A stretch of DNA of 64,000 nucleotides, from contig CBDCNQ010000001.1 of the NCBI GenBank assembly GCA_965219445.1, forward strand, positions 192,001 to 256,000, in the 5' to 3' direction. Source of the stretch: Longimicrobiales bacterium (GTDB taxonomy: Bacteria; Gemmatimonadota; Gemmatimonadetes; Longimicrobiales; Gaopeijiaceae). The notes beneath the pieces were generated by a model. That model did no database searches and was not told the DNA's origin. It was given only the letters and a program-made list of their open reading frames with translations. How positions within the stretch are numbered: position 1 is the stretch's first letter; the number at the start of each line of letters is the position of its first letter. Shown piece after piece: positions 34,357-44,577 of the stretch. Position numbers and translations under genes: made by a program.

Positions 34357-35103
34357 TTGACGTTGCTTCCGTTCAGGACCAGGGCTGCCCACGCGTTCCA
34401 GCGTGAAGTGGGCCGTCTATCCTCCGTCATCTGGGTCCTTCCGATTGCGTTCATCCTGCGCGTCCTGATGCGATATCGCATCAGGGACGTGGCCCAGATT
34501 CGGACACGATACCGGGCACTGGTGAAGAAGAGAGAGGGATCGCTCCTGATCTGCCCCAACCACCTCACCATGATGGATTCAGCCCTCATCGCCTGGGCGT
34601 TGGGCGGCAGTTGGTGGTACCTCTTCCATTACTCCCGGATTCCGTGGAACCTCCCCGAGTACAATAATTATGCTTCCCAGTGGCCCGCTCGTGTTGGGGC
34701 GTGGCTCACCAAGTGCATACCGGTCATCCGCGGGGGACGCCGAGAGGACGTCTCGAGGGTGATCAAGCGCGTACAACACCTTCTCTCGAGACGTGAGACA
34801 GCGCTGATCTTTCCAGAGGCCCGGCGCAGTCGGAGTGGAAGAGTGGAGGCCGACGCGGTAGCACACGCGGTGGGTAGAATCCTCACGTCGGTCCCGGGTT
34901 GCCAGCCACTCTGTGTGTACCTACGTGGCGATCGACAGCAAACGTGGTCGACGGTTCCGGCCCGTGGGGACTCTTTCTATATCGAGTTCGAGCTCGTCGA
35001 GCCGCATTCGGACCACAGGGGGATGCGGCGTTCTAGGGACTTCTCTCAACAGATCGTCGATCGGCTCCTAGGCATGGAGGAGGAGTATTTTGCTCGTAGG
35101 TAA
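34357..35103 (+). CDS. PlsC-family (lysophospholipid) acyltransferase
   Basis: NHLTMMD (HX4D) and IFPEARRS motifs. Confidence 0.85.
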   Translation: MTLLPFRTRAAHAFQREVGRLSSVIWVLPIAFILRVLMRYRIRDVAQIRTRYRALVKKREGSLLICPNHLTMMDSALIAWALGGSWWYLFHYSRIPWNLPEYNNYASQWPARVGAWLTKCIPVIRGGRREDVSRVIKRVQHLLSRRETALIFPEARRSRSGRVEADAVAHAVGRILTSVPGCQPLCVYLRGDRQQTWSTVPARGDSFYIEFELVEPHSDHRGMRRSRDFSQQIVDRLLGMEEEYFARR

Positions 35104-35689
35104 CGACGTGGTGGACCTCCGCGATCCCGCGAGCCGACCTGAGGCGCTCCACGCTCGGTTCGATACGCGTGTCTTCACCTTCGACGAACTAAGCGCCCTG
35201 AGTGCTTCGGCTTCCGTGCACGAACTCCGGTGGGCCTTTTGGGCCGCCAAAGAGAGCGCCTACAAGGTTGCCAAGAAGCTCGATGCCGCGGTCCGGTTTC
35301 TCCCAAGGGATTTCTTGGTTCGACGGGTCGCTGAGGGGCGGGCCCTAGTCATGCACGAGACCGGTCCTTTCGACGTTGGGCTAGATCGAACGGACGAGCG
35401 GATACACGCGGTCGCGACACTCGCTGCCGCCGGTACCGCCTCAAGCGCACGCCCGGTCAGGACCGGGCTTGACCGCCTGGAGGTGCCCGGTGCCGACGCG
35501 AGCCGGACCGTGAGGGAGTTGGCGTGTGCGGCTCTCAGTACGCGGATGCATCTACCGCCTGGACAGGTCCAGATTGTGGCAGACCGAGGGATTCCTGTTG
35601 CTCTTTGGCGAAACCGGAGGTTGCCGGTTGATCTATCCCTCTCCCACCACGGTCGCTTCGTGGCGTGGGCCGATGCGGAGCTGCCCTAG
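35090..35689 (+). CDS. 4'-phosphopantetheinyl transferase
   Basis: VGNDVVDL, WAAKESAYK, LSLSHHG. Confidence 0.88.
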   Translation: MLVGNDVVDLRDPASRPEALHARFDTRVFTFDELSALSASASVHELRWAFWAAKESAYKVAKKLDAAVRFLPRDFLVRRVAEGRALVMHETGPFDVGLDRTDERIHAVATLAAAGTASSARPVRTGLDRLEVPGADASRTVRELACAALSTRMHLPPGQVQIVADRGIPVALWRNRRLPVDLSLSHHGRFVAWADAELP

Positions 35690-37791
35690 GAGGCGCCTGA
35701 CGGCGTAGCCTGCCGCGCGAAACGTTCCCCGAGGGCATCCAGACCACCGGGTTCTCCGATGATGGTGAGACGGTCTCCACGCTCGAGCACGGTAGCTCCC
35801 CTCGGGATCACCACGTCAGGCCCGCGGCGAACCAGGGCGATCAGGGTGCCCTCCGGCAAGAGGATGTCCTTGAGCGCCCGTCCAATAAGGGCCGCCGAGG
35901 GTCTGCCGGGCTCGAGGGTCAGCGTCAGCAGCCGGTCGTCACGAAGTATGGCCTCCTTGAGCTCCTGATGATTGGAGGCCGAGAGCCAGGCCTCCATGAA
36001 ACCCTCCTTGTCGACGTGCCCGGCGATTTGGGCCAAGATCCGTAAGTGCCGACCGGGGTCGTCCAGCGGGCTCACGAGAAAAAACACGGCTTGCACTGGC
36101 CCGGACTGATGGCTCCCGCCTTCAGTGACTTCTACATCCATCTCCATTCCCCCGCGGCAACGAACCATCGCCAGTTGGGATGATTTGATATCGGTTCGGC
36201 GTAGATGAGGGAGCGCGACCCCGTGAGAGACGGGGGTCATGCCAACGACGGTGCCCTGCAAGAAGTCCTCCCCGAGTTCCTTGGCGGAGACACCCGAAGC
36301 ATCTGCAAGATGGGCTGACGCCTGCCAGATCACGTTTTGGAATCCCGTGCCGCCGGGCGTATCGATAATGGAGGCTGCCGCCACGACCTCCTCGAAGGGA
36401 TCCGCGTCACGGAGACCCTTCTCCTTCATGATTTGGCGCAGCTCCCGGTCGAGCCCTGCGTCCCGCTGGCGGCCCAGACGTTCGAAGACGTGGAAAATCG
36501 CGCCCTCCCGGTCCACGCGTTCCCGTGCGTAGTAGTTGTACCACATGGCGCCGAAGGTGATGAGTCCACCGGTAAAGAGACTCGGAAGAAGCCCCATTTC
36601 AACGATGAGCCAGAAAGGCGCGAGCACTCCAAGAATGTGTAGCCACGGGTAGAAGGGAGACCGGTAGCGGGGATCGTACGACTCGATTCGGCTCTCCCTC
36701 ATCACGATGACGGCCAAACAGCTCAAGGCGAACATCATCAACTGGAACGCACCGGCCAGCTTCGCGATCCTGCTCGCGTCGAACACCAGGATGAAAACCA
36801 GGATCAGGCCTACCGTAGAATAGATGGCGTAGAGTGGTGCGCCGCGGGTTTGGATCTTGGAGAAAAATTTTGGCAGCACGTTGTCCCGGCTCATCGCCAG
36901 AGGGTAGCGGGAGGCGGAAAGAATGCCCGCGTTCGCGACCGACGAAAAAGCGAGCACGGCGGCGGCAGTCATCAGGATCGTTCCCCAAGGGCCGACAAGG
37001 ACGCTCGCTACGGTGGCTACTGGGGTCAGATCTCCGCCATCCTGGGCGAGGACCTCAGCCGAAACGACCCCCACCATGACCGCCGTGCCGACCGTGTAGA
37101 TGAAAACGGCGGTTCCGAAGGCGAGAAACATCCCGAGTGGGATGTTACGCTCCGGGTTTCGGACCTCTTCGGCGACACTGGCCACCTTGGTGAGGCCCAT
37201 GTAGCTGACGGTGACCAGGCCCGCAGTCGCGACGAAAGATCCAGTGGCTTGGCCGACCACGTTGTCGAAGTTCTCCAGCTCGATGTTCATCATCCCCATG
37301 CCGGTGAACCATGCGAGAAGCACTAACAGGCTCACAACCATCACCGACTGAAAGGACGTGGACTTCTTCGCTCCCAGGATGTTGACGATACCGAAGGCCA
37401 AAGCGAAACCTGCGGAAATGGGCGCGCTATTCACTTCCGGGAGGAAGAGCCTCACGTAGGCTCCGATTCCGATCAGCGCGAACGCCGACTTCAGGATCAA
37501 AGCGATCCACGTACCGAACCCTCCGACCGTCCCCATCAACGGTCCCATGCTGCGATCGAGGAAATAATACACGCCACCGGCTCGGGGCATGGCGGTGGCC
37601 AACTCGGCCATACTGACCAGACCCGGAACGATGAGGAGCCCGGCCAGCAGGTACGCCAAAGGTACGGCTGAACCGATTCCGAATGCCGCCAGCCCGGGGA
37701 GGAGGAAAAAGCCTGAGCTCAGCGTCGCCCCGGTGGCGATCGCATAGACATCGAACAGCCCCAGTTCCTTCTTTAGCTTCTGCTTCTTCAT
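35686..37791 (-). CDS. APC-family amino acid permease fused to PTS EIIA and TrkA-C (RCK_C) domains
   Basis: ~12 TM with GATLSSG and AEEVRNPERN; GVALPHLR EIIA His; IPRGATVLERGDRLTIIG. Confidence 0.88.
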   Translation of the reverse strand: MKKQKLKKELGLFDVYAIATGATLSSGFFLLPGLAAFGIGSAVPLAYLLAGLLIVPGLVSMAELATAMPRAGGVYYFLDRSMGPLMGTVGGFGTWIALILKSAFALIGIGAYVRLFLPEVNSAPISAGFALAFGIVNILGAKKSTSFQSVMVVSLLVLLAWFTGMGMMNIELENFDNVVGQATGSFVATAGLVTVSYMGLTKVASVAEEVRNPERNIPLGMFLAFGTAVFIYTVGTAVMVGVVSAEVLAQDGGDLTPVATVASVLVGPWGTILMTAAAVLAFSSVANAGILSASRYPLAMSRDNVLPKFFSKIQTRGAPLYAIYSTVGLILVFILVFDASRIAKLAGAFQLMMFALSCLAVIVMRESRIESYDPRYRSPFYPWLHILGVLAPFWLIVEMGLLPSLFTGGLITFGAMWYNYYARERVDREGAIFHVFERLGRQRDAGLDRELRQIMKEKGLRDADPFEEVVAAASIIDTPGGTGFQNVIWQASAHLADASGVSAKELGEDFLQGTVVGMTPVSHGVALPHLRRTDIKSSQLAMVRCRGGMEMDVEVTEGGSHQSGPVQAVFFLVSPLDDPGRHLRILAQIAGHVDKEGFMEAWLSASNHQELKEAILRDDRLLTLTLEPGRPSAALIGRALKDILLPEGTLIALVRRGPDVVIPRGATVLERGDRLTIIGEPGGLDALGERFARQATPSGAS

Positions 37792-38237
37792 GGCCTGAGT
37801 CCGGCGGGGTGAAAGGAACAAGAAGCAGCCTGGGCGGGCGAGTCGTCAAGAGGAAAAAGGTGGCCTGCATCATGCGGGTCGCAGGTTACCGATTCGTGCT
37901 CCGAGTGGGAAGGGACAGGGAACGCGGCCATTCACGGCACCTGTGTCGTTACGGGTCGTGCTGTCGCGGCCCTGATCGGCATTGGTTCGACAATCCTCCA
38001 CTGGGGCCGGTGATCTTGATCGTGGGCGGGAACCCGTTGGCACGGGAAGGCGAAAGAGCCCCAATTCCGCTACATTGTCCCCGCGTGCAGTTGTCCGTTC
38101 CCGGGATCAACGTCGGTAAGTACGCCTCATAGTGTTGCCCCGATGGCTGGAATCGTGACCGGCGTCACCCGAATGGTCCTGAGTCCGTCCAAGGTTCTTT
38201 AAAGCCCACTCGCCATAACTGAAAAGAGATTCCATCA

Positions 38238-39494
38238 GTGGCAAAAGTAAAGACAACATTCCGGAACATGCCCTACATGGGCGTCGCTCAGGCGATGGCC
38301 GACGCTGCGGCGTTCGGCTATAGGAGCGGACGGCCCGATTGGTGCAACCTCAGCCAGGGACAGCCTGACGTGGGCAGGATCGAGGGTGCCCCCAACCGGC
38401 TCACTTGGATCACCCTCGAGCCACATGACCATTCCTACGGTCCAGCCGGAGGCATCGATGAGCTCCGGGAAGCGGTGGCGAACCACTACAATCGTCTTTA
38501 TCGCCCAGGCGAAGATTCGAGATACAAGAAGGAAAATGTCTCGATTGGGTCGGGAGGGCGCCTCGTGCTTTCGAGGATTTTCGCTACGCTCGACGCGATT
38601 TCGATGGGGTATAAGTTCCCCGACTCGTCGTCATACCAAGACGTGTTCAACCACTATTTCGAGCGGGTCAAGCCCGTACCTGTGCAAGCCGGCCCGGATG
38701 AGTCATTCCATCTCGAACCGGCCCGGCTGGCCAAGGTCATGGCGGCTAAGAAGCTTAAAGCCTTTCTCATCGGCAACCCGTGCAATCCAACGGGTGACCT
38801 CATCCAGGGCGCGGAGCTGAAGGCCTATTTGGCGGCCGCACGCAAGAACAAGTGTACGCTCGTCATGGACGAATCCTATTCGCACTTCATTTATGAGGAG
38901 GACGGTGCCCCTGGGAGTGGGCCGGTGTCCATGGCCGCCTATGTCAGGAACGTAGAGAAGGATCCGGCGCTCATCGTCGACGGACTGAGCAAGAATTTCC
39001 GGTATCCGGGGTGGAGGCTGAGTTGGGTCGTGGGACCATCGAGTGTGATTGAGAACCTCGAGCGGGTTGCCACGGGGTTCGATGGCGGACCGAGCCTTCC
39101 CGCGCAGCGTCTGGCGATCAAGGCTTTGGATCCGGAGCGCGCGGATGAAGAGACGACCGCGGTCCGCCGCTTGTTTGCGAAGAAACGGAACGTGTTGCTG
39201 GAGGGGCTCGAAGCCCTTGGAATTCATTGTGAGCATGCGCCCTTGGGCACGTTTTATGTGTGGGCTGAACTCAGTGGCCTGCCCAAACCTCTGAAAGATG
39301 CCGAGGGGTTCTTCAAGGCCGCACTGGAGCATAAGGTGGTCACCATTCCGGGGCGGTACTTCGATGTGAACCCGGGCGGAACACACCCACCGATGAAGGA
39401 GCTCAAGAAGTGGGTTCGTTTCTCGTTCGGGCCCTCGGAGGACAAGATTACGACAGGGCTAGAGCGCCTCGGAGAGATGATCGAGAGCGGTTGA
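38238..39494 (+). CDS. Class I/II PLP-dependent aminotransferase
   Basis: NPCNPTG, MDESY, GLSKNFRYPGWRL. Confidence 0.9.
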   Translation: MAKVKTTFRNMPYMGVAQAMADAAAFGYRSGRPDWCNLSQGQPDVGRIEGAPNRLTWITLEPHDHSYGPAGGIDELREAVANHYNRLYRPGEDSRYKKENVSIGSGGRLVLSRIFATLDAISMGYKFPDSSSYQDVFNHYFERVKPVPVQAGPDESFHLEPARLAKVMAAKKLKAFLIGNPCNPTGDLIQGAELKAYLAAARKNKCTLVMDESYSHFIYEEDGAPGSGPVSMAAYVRNVEKDPALIVDGLSKNFRYPGWRLSWVVGPSSVIENLERVATGFDGGPSLPAQRLAIKALDPERADEETTAVRRLFAKKRNVLLEGLEALGIHCEHAPLGTFYVWAELSGLPKPLKDAEGFFKAALEHKVVTIPGRYFDVNPGGTHPPMKELKKWVRFSFGPSEDKITTGLERLGEMIESG

Positions 39495-39535
39495 GTCCTG
39501 CCACCGTCGGGCTCGGGCGTTCACATCGGACGGAC

Positions 39536-40558
39536 ATGTCTCTCAAACGCAGTGCCGACTGGCGGAATCGGGCCGCTGCCGAGCTGGTGTCCGGGGTTCT
39601 GAGCCGGGCCGGGATCCGTGGGAATGTGCTCGTGATGCTCGAGAATCTGCCGGAGGTCGCTACTTCAGTGAGGGAGGCCGGAGGCCGGGCTCGATCGTGG
39701 CACCGGTTCGCGCTAGAAGGTAGAAGCGCCTCTGCGTGGGCTCCGGCCGGGCCGTTCGACGCGGCCACCCTGCGACTCCCGAAGGCCAACGAAGAGTTGG
39801 ACATGGCCGTTCATGCCGCTGCGTCCGTTCTCCGGGGCGGTGCGCCCCTCTGGGTGTATGGAGCCAATGACGAGGGGGCTGGCTCGGCTGGCCGGATCAT
39901 CGAGCCTCTCATGGGTCCGGCCAAGACCGTGGCGTCCGGTGGTCGCTGCCGCGTGCTCGAGGCTGTCTGGCCGGTGGACGCGCCGAGTCCGAGAGGGACC
40001 TTCGAGGAGTGGCGCCGGTCCACGTCTTTGGAGTTTCCCGATAGTCCTCGGGAATGGATATCCTACCCCGGTGTCTTCGCCGCCGGCCGGCTTGACGCGG
40101 GGACCGGCGTGCTCCTCGATGCAATGCGGACGCTTCCGGTGACGGAACGCAGCGTCCTGGATTTCGCGTGCGGCTCCGGTGTGATCGGAGCGTTCTTATC
40201 GGCGTTGGAGCCTACCGTCCGCGTGGACTTTCTCGATGTCGATACGGTGGCGCTGGCGGCTGCGCGGGAAAATGTAGGAGGGGCTCACCTGATTCTCTCG
40301 GACGGCTTCGATGCGTTGGAAGATGAACGCTACGACCTGATAGTGAGCAACCCTCCATATCACGAAGGGAAGAGACAGACGGGTGGGGTGCTCGAACGTC
40401 TCGTTCGTGGAGCGCCGGACCATCTCGAACCCGGCGGGTCGCTGGCGCTCGTCACGCAACGGCGTCTGCCGCTGGCCGCCTTGCTGGAGTCCACTTTCAA
40501 CACCGTCGAGGTCCTGCTCGATTCCGGTCCCCATCGGGTTTGGCTCGGCAAGAAATAG
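39536..40558 (+). CDS. RsmC-like SAM methyltransferase
   Basis: PGVFAAGRLDAGT, LDFACGSG, SNPPYH. Confidence 0.8.
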   Translation: MSLKRSADWRNRAAAELVSGVLSRAGIRGNVLVMLENLPEVATSVREAGGRARSWHRFALEGRSASAWAPAGPFDAATLRLPKANEELDMAVHAAASVLRGGAPLWVYGANDEGAGSAGRIIEPLMGPAKTVASGGRCRVLEAVWPVDAPSPRGTFEEWRRSTSLEFPDSPREWISYPGVFAAGRLDAGTGVLLDAMRTLPVTERSVLDFACGSGVIGAFLSALEPTVRVDFLDVDTVALAAARENVGGAHLILSDGFDALEDERYDLIVSNPPYHEGKRQTGGVLERLVRGAPDHLEPGGSLALVTQRRLPLAALLESTFNTVEVLLDSGPHRVWLGKK

Positions 40559-40969
40559 GCGATGGGGGCCGCCCGGGGCCATCGAAATTTTGCCAACACT
40601 CCGGCCGAATCGGTGTAATATTTCAACACGCACCTACATGCGCCGCAAGGCTCGCTTGTTGCGACAGAAAACGTTGGCGCTCCACAGGTCGAGCGTGACT
40701 TGGATACGTCTTGATTGAACGGGCCCGAAGGGTGACCATTGTACCGCAGAGAGAGCCGAAGTGTGACCATTTCACCGCCGAGAGAAGCGCAGGTCCATGC
40801 CGGAGACGACCTTGTTTTCGTTGCTCGCCACGACCGGGCGATGGATGTCTCGTCCAACAATCTGAGTCGGCCTTCTGACTAAGGATCCCTGCACCTTGCG
40901 CAAACGGACCGGTACCCTAATCATGGTCGCGCAAATTCCGTGAATCGACCGCTGGAGCGGTTTTGAAAT

Positions 40970-42787
40970 ATGCAGCCCACCGACACCTCAAACCCCGACT
41001 ATTACCACAAGGTCGTAGACTGCCAATGGGGGTGCCCCGCCCACACGCCGGTCCCGGAGTACATAAGGCTGATCGGCCAGGGCCGGTTCACCGAGTCGTA
41101 CATGCTGAACCGGGAGTCGAATGTCTTTCCCGGTGTTCTGGGAAGGACCTGTGATCGCCCCTGTGAGCCCGTATGTCGGCGTGTCCGGGTCGAAGACGAG
41201 CCCGTCGCGATATGCAGGCTCAAGCGCGTGGCCTCGGATCTCAGGGGCGATGTCGCAGACCTGCTCCCGAAGGTGCCCGAGGAAAAGAACGGCAAGCGCA
41301 TCGCGCTGATTGGAGCCGGCCCCGCTTCGCTGACCGTGGCCAACGACCTGATGCCGTTGGGATACGAGTGCGTGCTTTTCGAGAAGATGGATCGGCCCGG
41401 CGGCCTGATGCGGACAAACATTCCGTCCTTCCGTCTTCCCGGGAGCGTACTGGACGAAGAGATCGACATGATCCTCGATATGGGCGTGGAGGTGCACTAT
41501 AGCCACCCCATCGACAGCCTCAAGAAGCTTCTCGACCAGGACGGATTCGACGCCGTATTTATCGGGACGGGTGCGCCCAAGGGCAAAGAGCTCCGCATCC
41601 CCGGACGAGACGAGGGCGCCGCGGACATCCACATCGGAATCGATTGGTTGGAGTCCGTCCATTTCGAGCACACCGACTCCATCGGTGAGCGGGTGCTGAT
41701 CATCGGTGTCGGAAATACCGCGATGGACTGCTGTAGGACGTCGAAGCGGATCGGCGGGAAGGATGTCCGTGTCATCGCCCGAAAGGGTCGCCCTTACTTC
41801 AAGGCCTCCGCTTGGGAACTCGATGACGCCGAAGAAGAACTCATCGAGATCGTCGAGAACCATTCGCCAAACCGATTCGTGATCGAGGACGGACGGCTGG
41901 TGGGCATGGAGTTCGACATCGTCGAGTGGGCGCCCGACGAGAAGGGCCGGCTCGTCAGCACGAAGATCGATTCGACAGTGATCCCCTGCGACGATGTGAT
42001 CTTGGCAATCGGGCAGGACAACGCGTTCCCGTGGATCGAGCGTGACATCGGCATCGAGTTCGACGAATGGGACATGCCGGTCGTCGATCGCACAACATTC
42101 CAGACCACGCGAGACGGCGTGTTTGTCGGTGGAGATGCTGCGTGGGGCCCCGAGAACATCATCTGGGCCGTGGAGCATGGACATCAAGCGGCCATCTCCA
42201 TTCATGCGCTCTGTGAGGGAGGGTCGCTCACCGACCGGCCGCCGTACGGCATGAACCTCGTCTCACAGAAGATGGGGCTTCACTCATGGAGCTACGGGAG
42301 TGCCTACGACGATTCCGAGCGCTCCAGGATGAACCATGTCGAGTTGGTAGAGCGTTTCAAGGCTCTCGAGGTCGAGGTGGAGTTGGGCTTCGACGCCGAG
42401 CAGACGGCCGTCGAAGTGGCCCGCTGCCTCAACTGTGATATTCAAACAGAGTTCACGTCGAGCCTCTGCATCGAGTGCGACGCGTGTATCGACATCTGCC
42501 CTGTCTATTGCCTGACGATGACCGAGAACGAGCCGGAGGAGGAGCTCAGGCTTCACCTTACCGCCCCCGCCGAAAATACCGATCAAGATCTCTACGTATC
42601 GAAGGACCTTCCGCAAACCGCTCGCGTGATGGTCAAAGACGAGGACCTGTGCGTGCACTGTGGTCTGTGCGCAGAGCGCTGCCCCACAGCCGCGTGGGAC
42701 ATGCAGAAGTTCGACTTGCTCATCCCTTATGCCGGAAGACCGACGTGGATCGAAACTCCCGAGACCCTACTAACGACTTCGTCATAA
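40970..42787 (+). CDS. GltD-like FAD/NAD(P) oxidoreductase with C-terminal 4Fe-4S ferredoxin domains
   Basis: CQWGCP, GRTCDRPCE..C, GAGPAS, GVGNTAMD, CIECDACIDICP, CVHCGLCAERCP. Confidence 0.9.
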   Translation: MQPTDTSNPDYYHKVVDCQWGCPAHTPVPEYIRLIGQGRFTESYMLNRESNVFPGVLGRTCDRPCEPVCRRVRVEDEPVAICRLKRVASDLRGDVADLLPKVPEEKNGKRIALIGAGPASLTVANDLMPLGYECVLFEKMDRPGGLMRTNIPSFRLPGSVLDEEIDMILDMGVEVHYSHPIDSLKKLLDQDGFDAVFIGTGAPKGKELRIPGRDEGAADIHIGIDWLESVHFEHTDSIGERVLIIGVGNTAMDCCRTSKRIGGKDVRVIARKGRPYFKASAWELDDAEEELIEIVENHSPNRFVIEDGRLVGMEFDIVEWAPDEKGRLVSTKIDSTVIPCDDVILAIGQDNAFPWIERDIGIEFDEWDMPVVDRTTFQTTRDGVFVGGDAAWGPENIIWAVEHGHQAAISIHALCEGGSLTDRPPYGMNLVSQKMGLHSWSYGSAYDDSERSRMNHVELVERFKALEVEVELGFDAEQTAVEVARCLNCDIQTEFTSSLCIECDACIDICPVYCLTMTENEPEEELRLHLTAPAENTDQDLYVSKDLPQTARVMVKDEDLCVHCGLCAERCPTAAWDMQKFDLLIPYAGRPTWIETPETLLTTSS

Positions 42788-44568
42788 AAGTCGCCACGGT
42801 CAACGGTACCGGCTCCGCCAGTGCGAACGGCATGCTCATGCAGGCCATCTTCCGCATGGGCGTGCCGGTCTCCGGAAAGAACGTGTTCCCCTCCAACATC
42901 CAGGGACTACCGACTTGGTATGAAATCCGGGTGAACAAGCACGGCCATTTGGCCCGCAGCCCGAACGTCGACCTGATGGTGGCGATGAACCCAAAGACGT
43001 ACGAGCAGGATATTGCCGAGGTCCGTCCCGGGGAGGCCGTCCTCTACGACTCGAGTTGGCCGCTCGACGAAGGGCTCCGTCGCGCGGACGTGATGTTCTT
43101 GGGTGTTCCTCTGTCGCACATGTGTGTGGAGAACTTCAAAGGTGCGAGAGAGCGCATCCTGATGAAGAACATCGCATACGTGGGGGCGGTGGCCGCACTC
43201 CTGTCCATCGATCTCGAGGTGATTGAAGGAATGCTGGGTGAGAAATTCGGTGCCAAGCAGCATTTGATGGACTCGAATAACGTAGCCCTCCGTCTGGGCT
43301 ACGACTACGCGATGGAGCATTTCGACGGCCTACTCCGGGTTCGGCTGGAGGCGATGGACGCGAATCGAGACTCCGTGGTGATGACCGGGAACATGGCCGC
43401 GGCTCTAGGCTGCGTGTACGCCGGTGCGACCGTGGCAGCGTGGTATCCGATCACGCCGGCGACGTCCCTCATGGACTCATTCCGGGGCTTCTGTGCCCAG
43501 CTCCGCACGGATCCCGAGACAGGCAAGAACCTGTACTGCATTATCCAAGCGGAGGACGAAATCGCTGCGATCGGTATGGTGCTGGGCGCCGGCTGGATGG
43601 GAGCCCGTGCGTTTACGCCCACGAGCGGGGCCGGGATTTCTTTGATGAACGAGTTCATCGGCTTGGCTTATTACGCCGAGATACCGGCCGTCATCTTCGA
43701 TGTACAGCGTGCGGGACCCTCAACGGGCATGCCCACCCGCACCCAACAGGGGGACTTCTTCACGGTGGCGTTCGCCTCCCACGGCGACACGAAGCATGTC
43801 CTGCTGTTCCCGGCCGATCCGCGGGAGTGTTTCTACTTTTCCATTGAAGCGTTCGATCTGGCCGAGCGTTTCCAAACGCCGGTGTTCGTAGTCTCCGATC
43901 TCGACGTCGGCATGAACGACTGGGTGTGCGAGAAGCTCGAGTGGGATGATGCCTACGTTCCGGACCGTGGAAAGGTTCTTTCCGCGGAGGAACTGCAGGA
44001 GATGGAGGGGTTTTATCGGTACCTCGACGCCGACGGCGACGGTATCCCCGCTCGGTCTCTGCCGGGGGTCGATCCCAAGGGAGCGTACTTCACCCGGGGT
44101 TCGGGGCACGACCGATTCGGTCGCTACACCGAAGACCCAGATCTCTACCGAGACGTCGTGGACCGGATCGCGAGGAAGATCGAGGGGGCCGCGGAGGCTC
44201 TCCCCCCCCCGGAAGTCCGCGTTGTCGACGAAGCCACCGTCGGGATCGTCACGGTAGGTGGCTGTCATGGGGCCGTCTTGGAGGCCATCGAAATGCTGGC
44301 GGAGGAGGGGATTGCCCTTGATTACTTACGGGTAACGGGCTTCCCGTTCTCCACCGCCGTCGAGAAATTCCTCCTCTCTCACGACCTCAGCATCGTTGTG
44401 GAGCAGAACCGCGACGGTCAGCTCAGGAGGTTGCTCATGCTGGAGACGGCTGTCCCGAAGAGTAAGATCGCATCTGTGCTGGACTACGGGGGAGCGCCCC
44501 TCAATGCCGAGGTCGTGGTGCAGGGTGTTCGGGATCGGCTAGGGCTCGTCCCGGTGGAAGTCGGGTAA
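42745..44568 (+). CDS. 2-oxoacid:ferredoxin oxidoreductase alpha subunit (gamma-alpha fusion)
   Basis: NGTGSAS, WYPITPATS, QAEDEIAA, QRAGPSTGMPT. Confidence 0.93.
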   Translation: MDRNSRDPTNDFVIKVATVNGTGSASANGMLMQAIFRMGVPVSGKNVFPSNIQGLPTWYEIRVNKHGHLARSPNVDLMVAMNPKTYEQDIAEVRPGEAVLYDSSWPLDEGLRRADVMFLGVPLSHMCVENFKGARERILMKNIAYVGAVAALLSIDLEVIEGMLGEKFGAKQHLMDSNNVALRLGYDYAMEHFDGLLRVRLEAMDANRDSVVMTGNMAAALGCVYAGATVAAWYPITPATSLMDSFRGFCAQLRTDPETGKNLYCIIQAEDEIAAIGMVLGAGWMGARAFTPTSGAGISLMNEFIGLAYYAEIPAVIFDVQRAGPSTGMPTRTQQGDFFTVAFASHGDTKHVLLFPADPRECFYFSIEAFDLAERFQTPVFVVSDLDVGMNDWVCEKLEWDDAYVPDRGKVLSAEELQEMEGFYRYLDADGDGIPARSLPGVDPKGAYFTRGSGHDRFGRYTEDPDLYRDVVDRIARKIEGAAEALPPPEVRVVDEATVGIVTVGGCHGAVLEAIEMLAEEGIALDYLRVTGFPFSTAVEKFLLSHDLSIVVEQNRDGQLRRLLMLETAVPKSKIASVLDYGGAPLNAEVVVQGVRDRLGLVPVEVG

Positions 44569-44577
44569 AAGAGCCTT

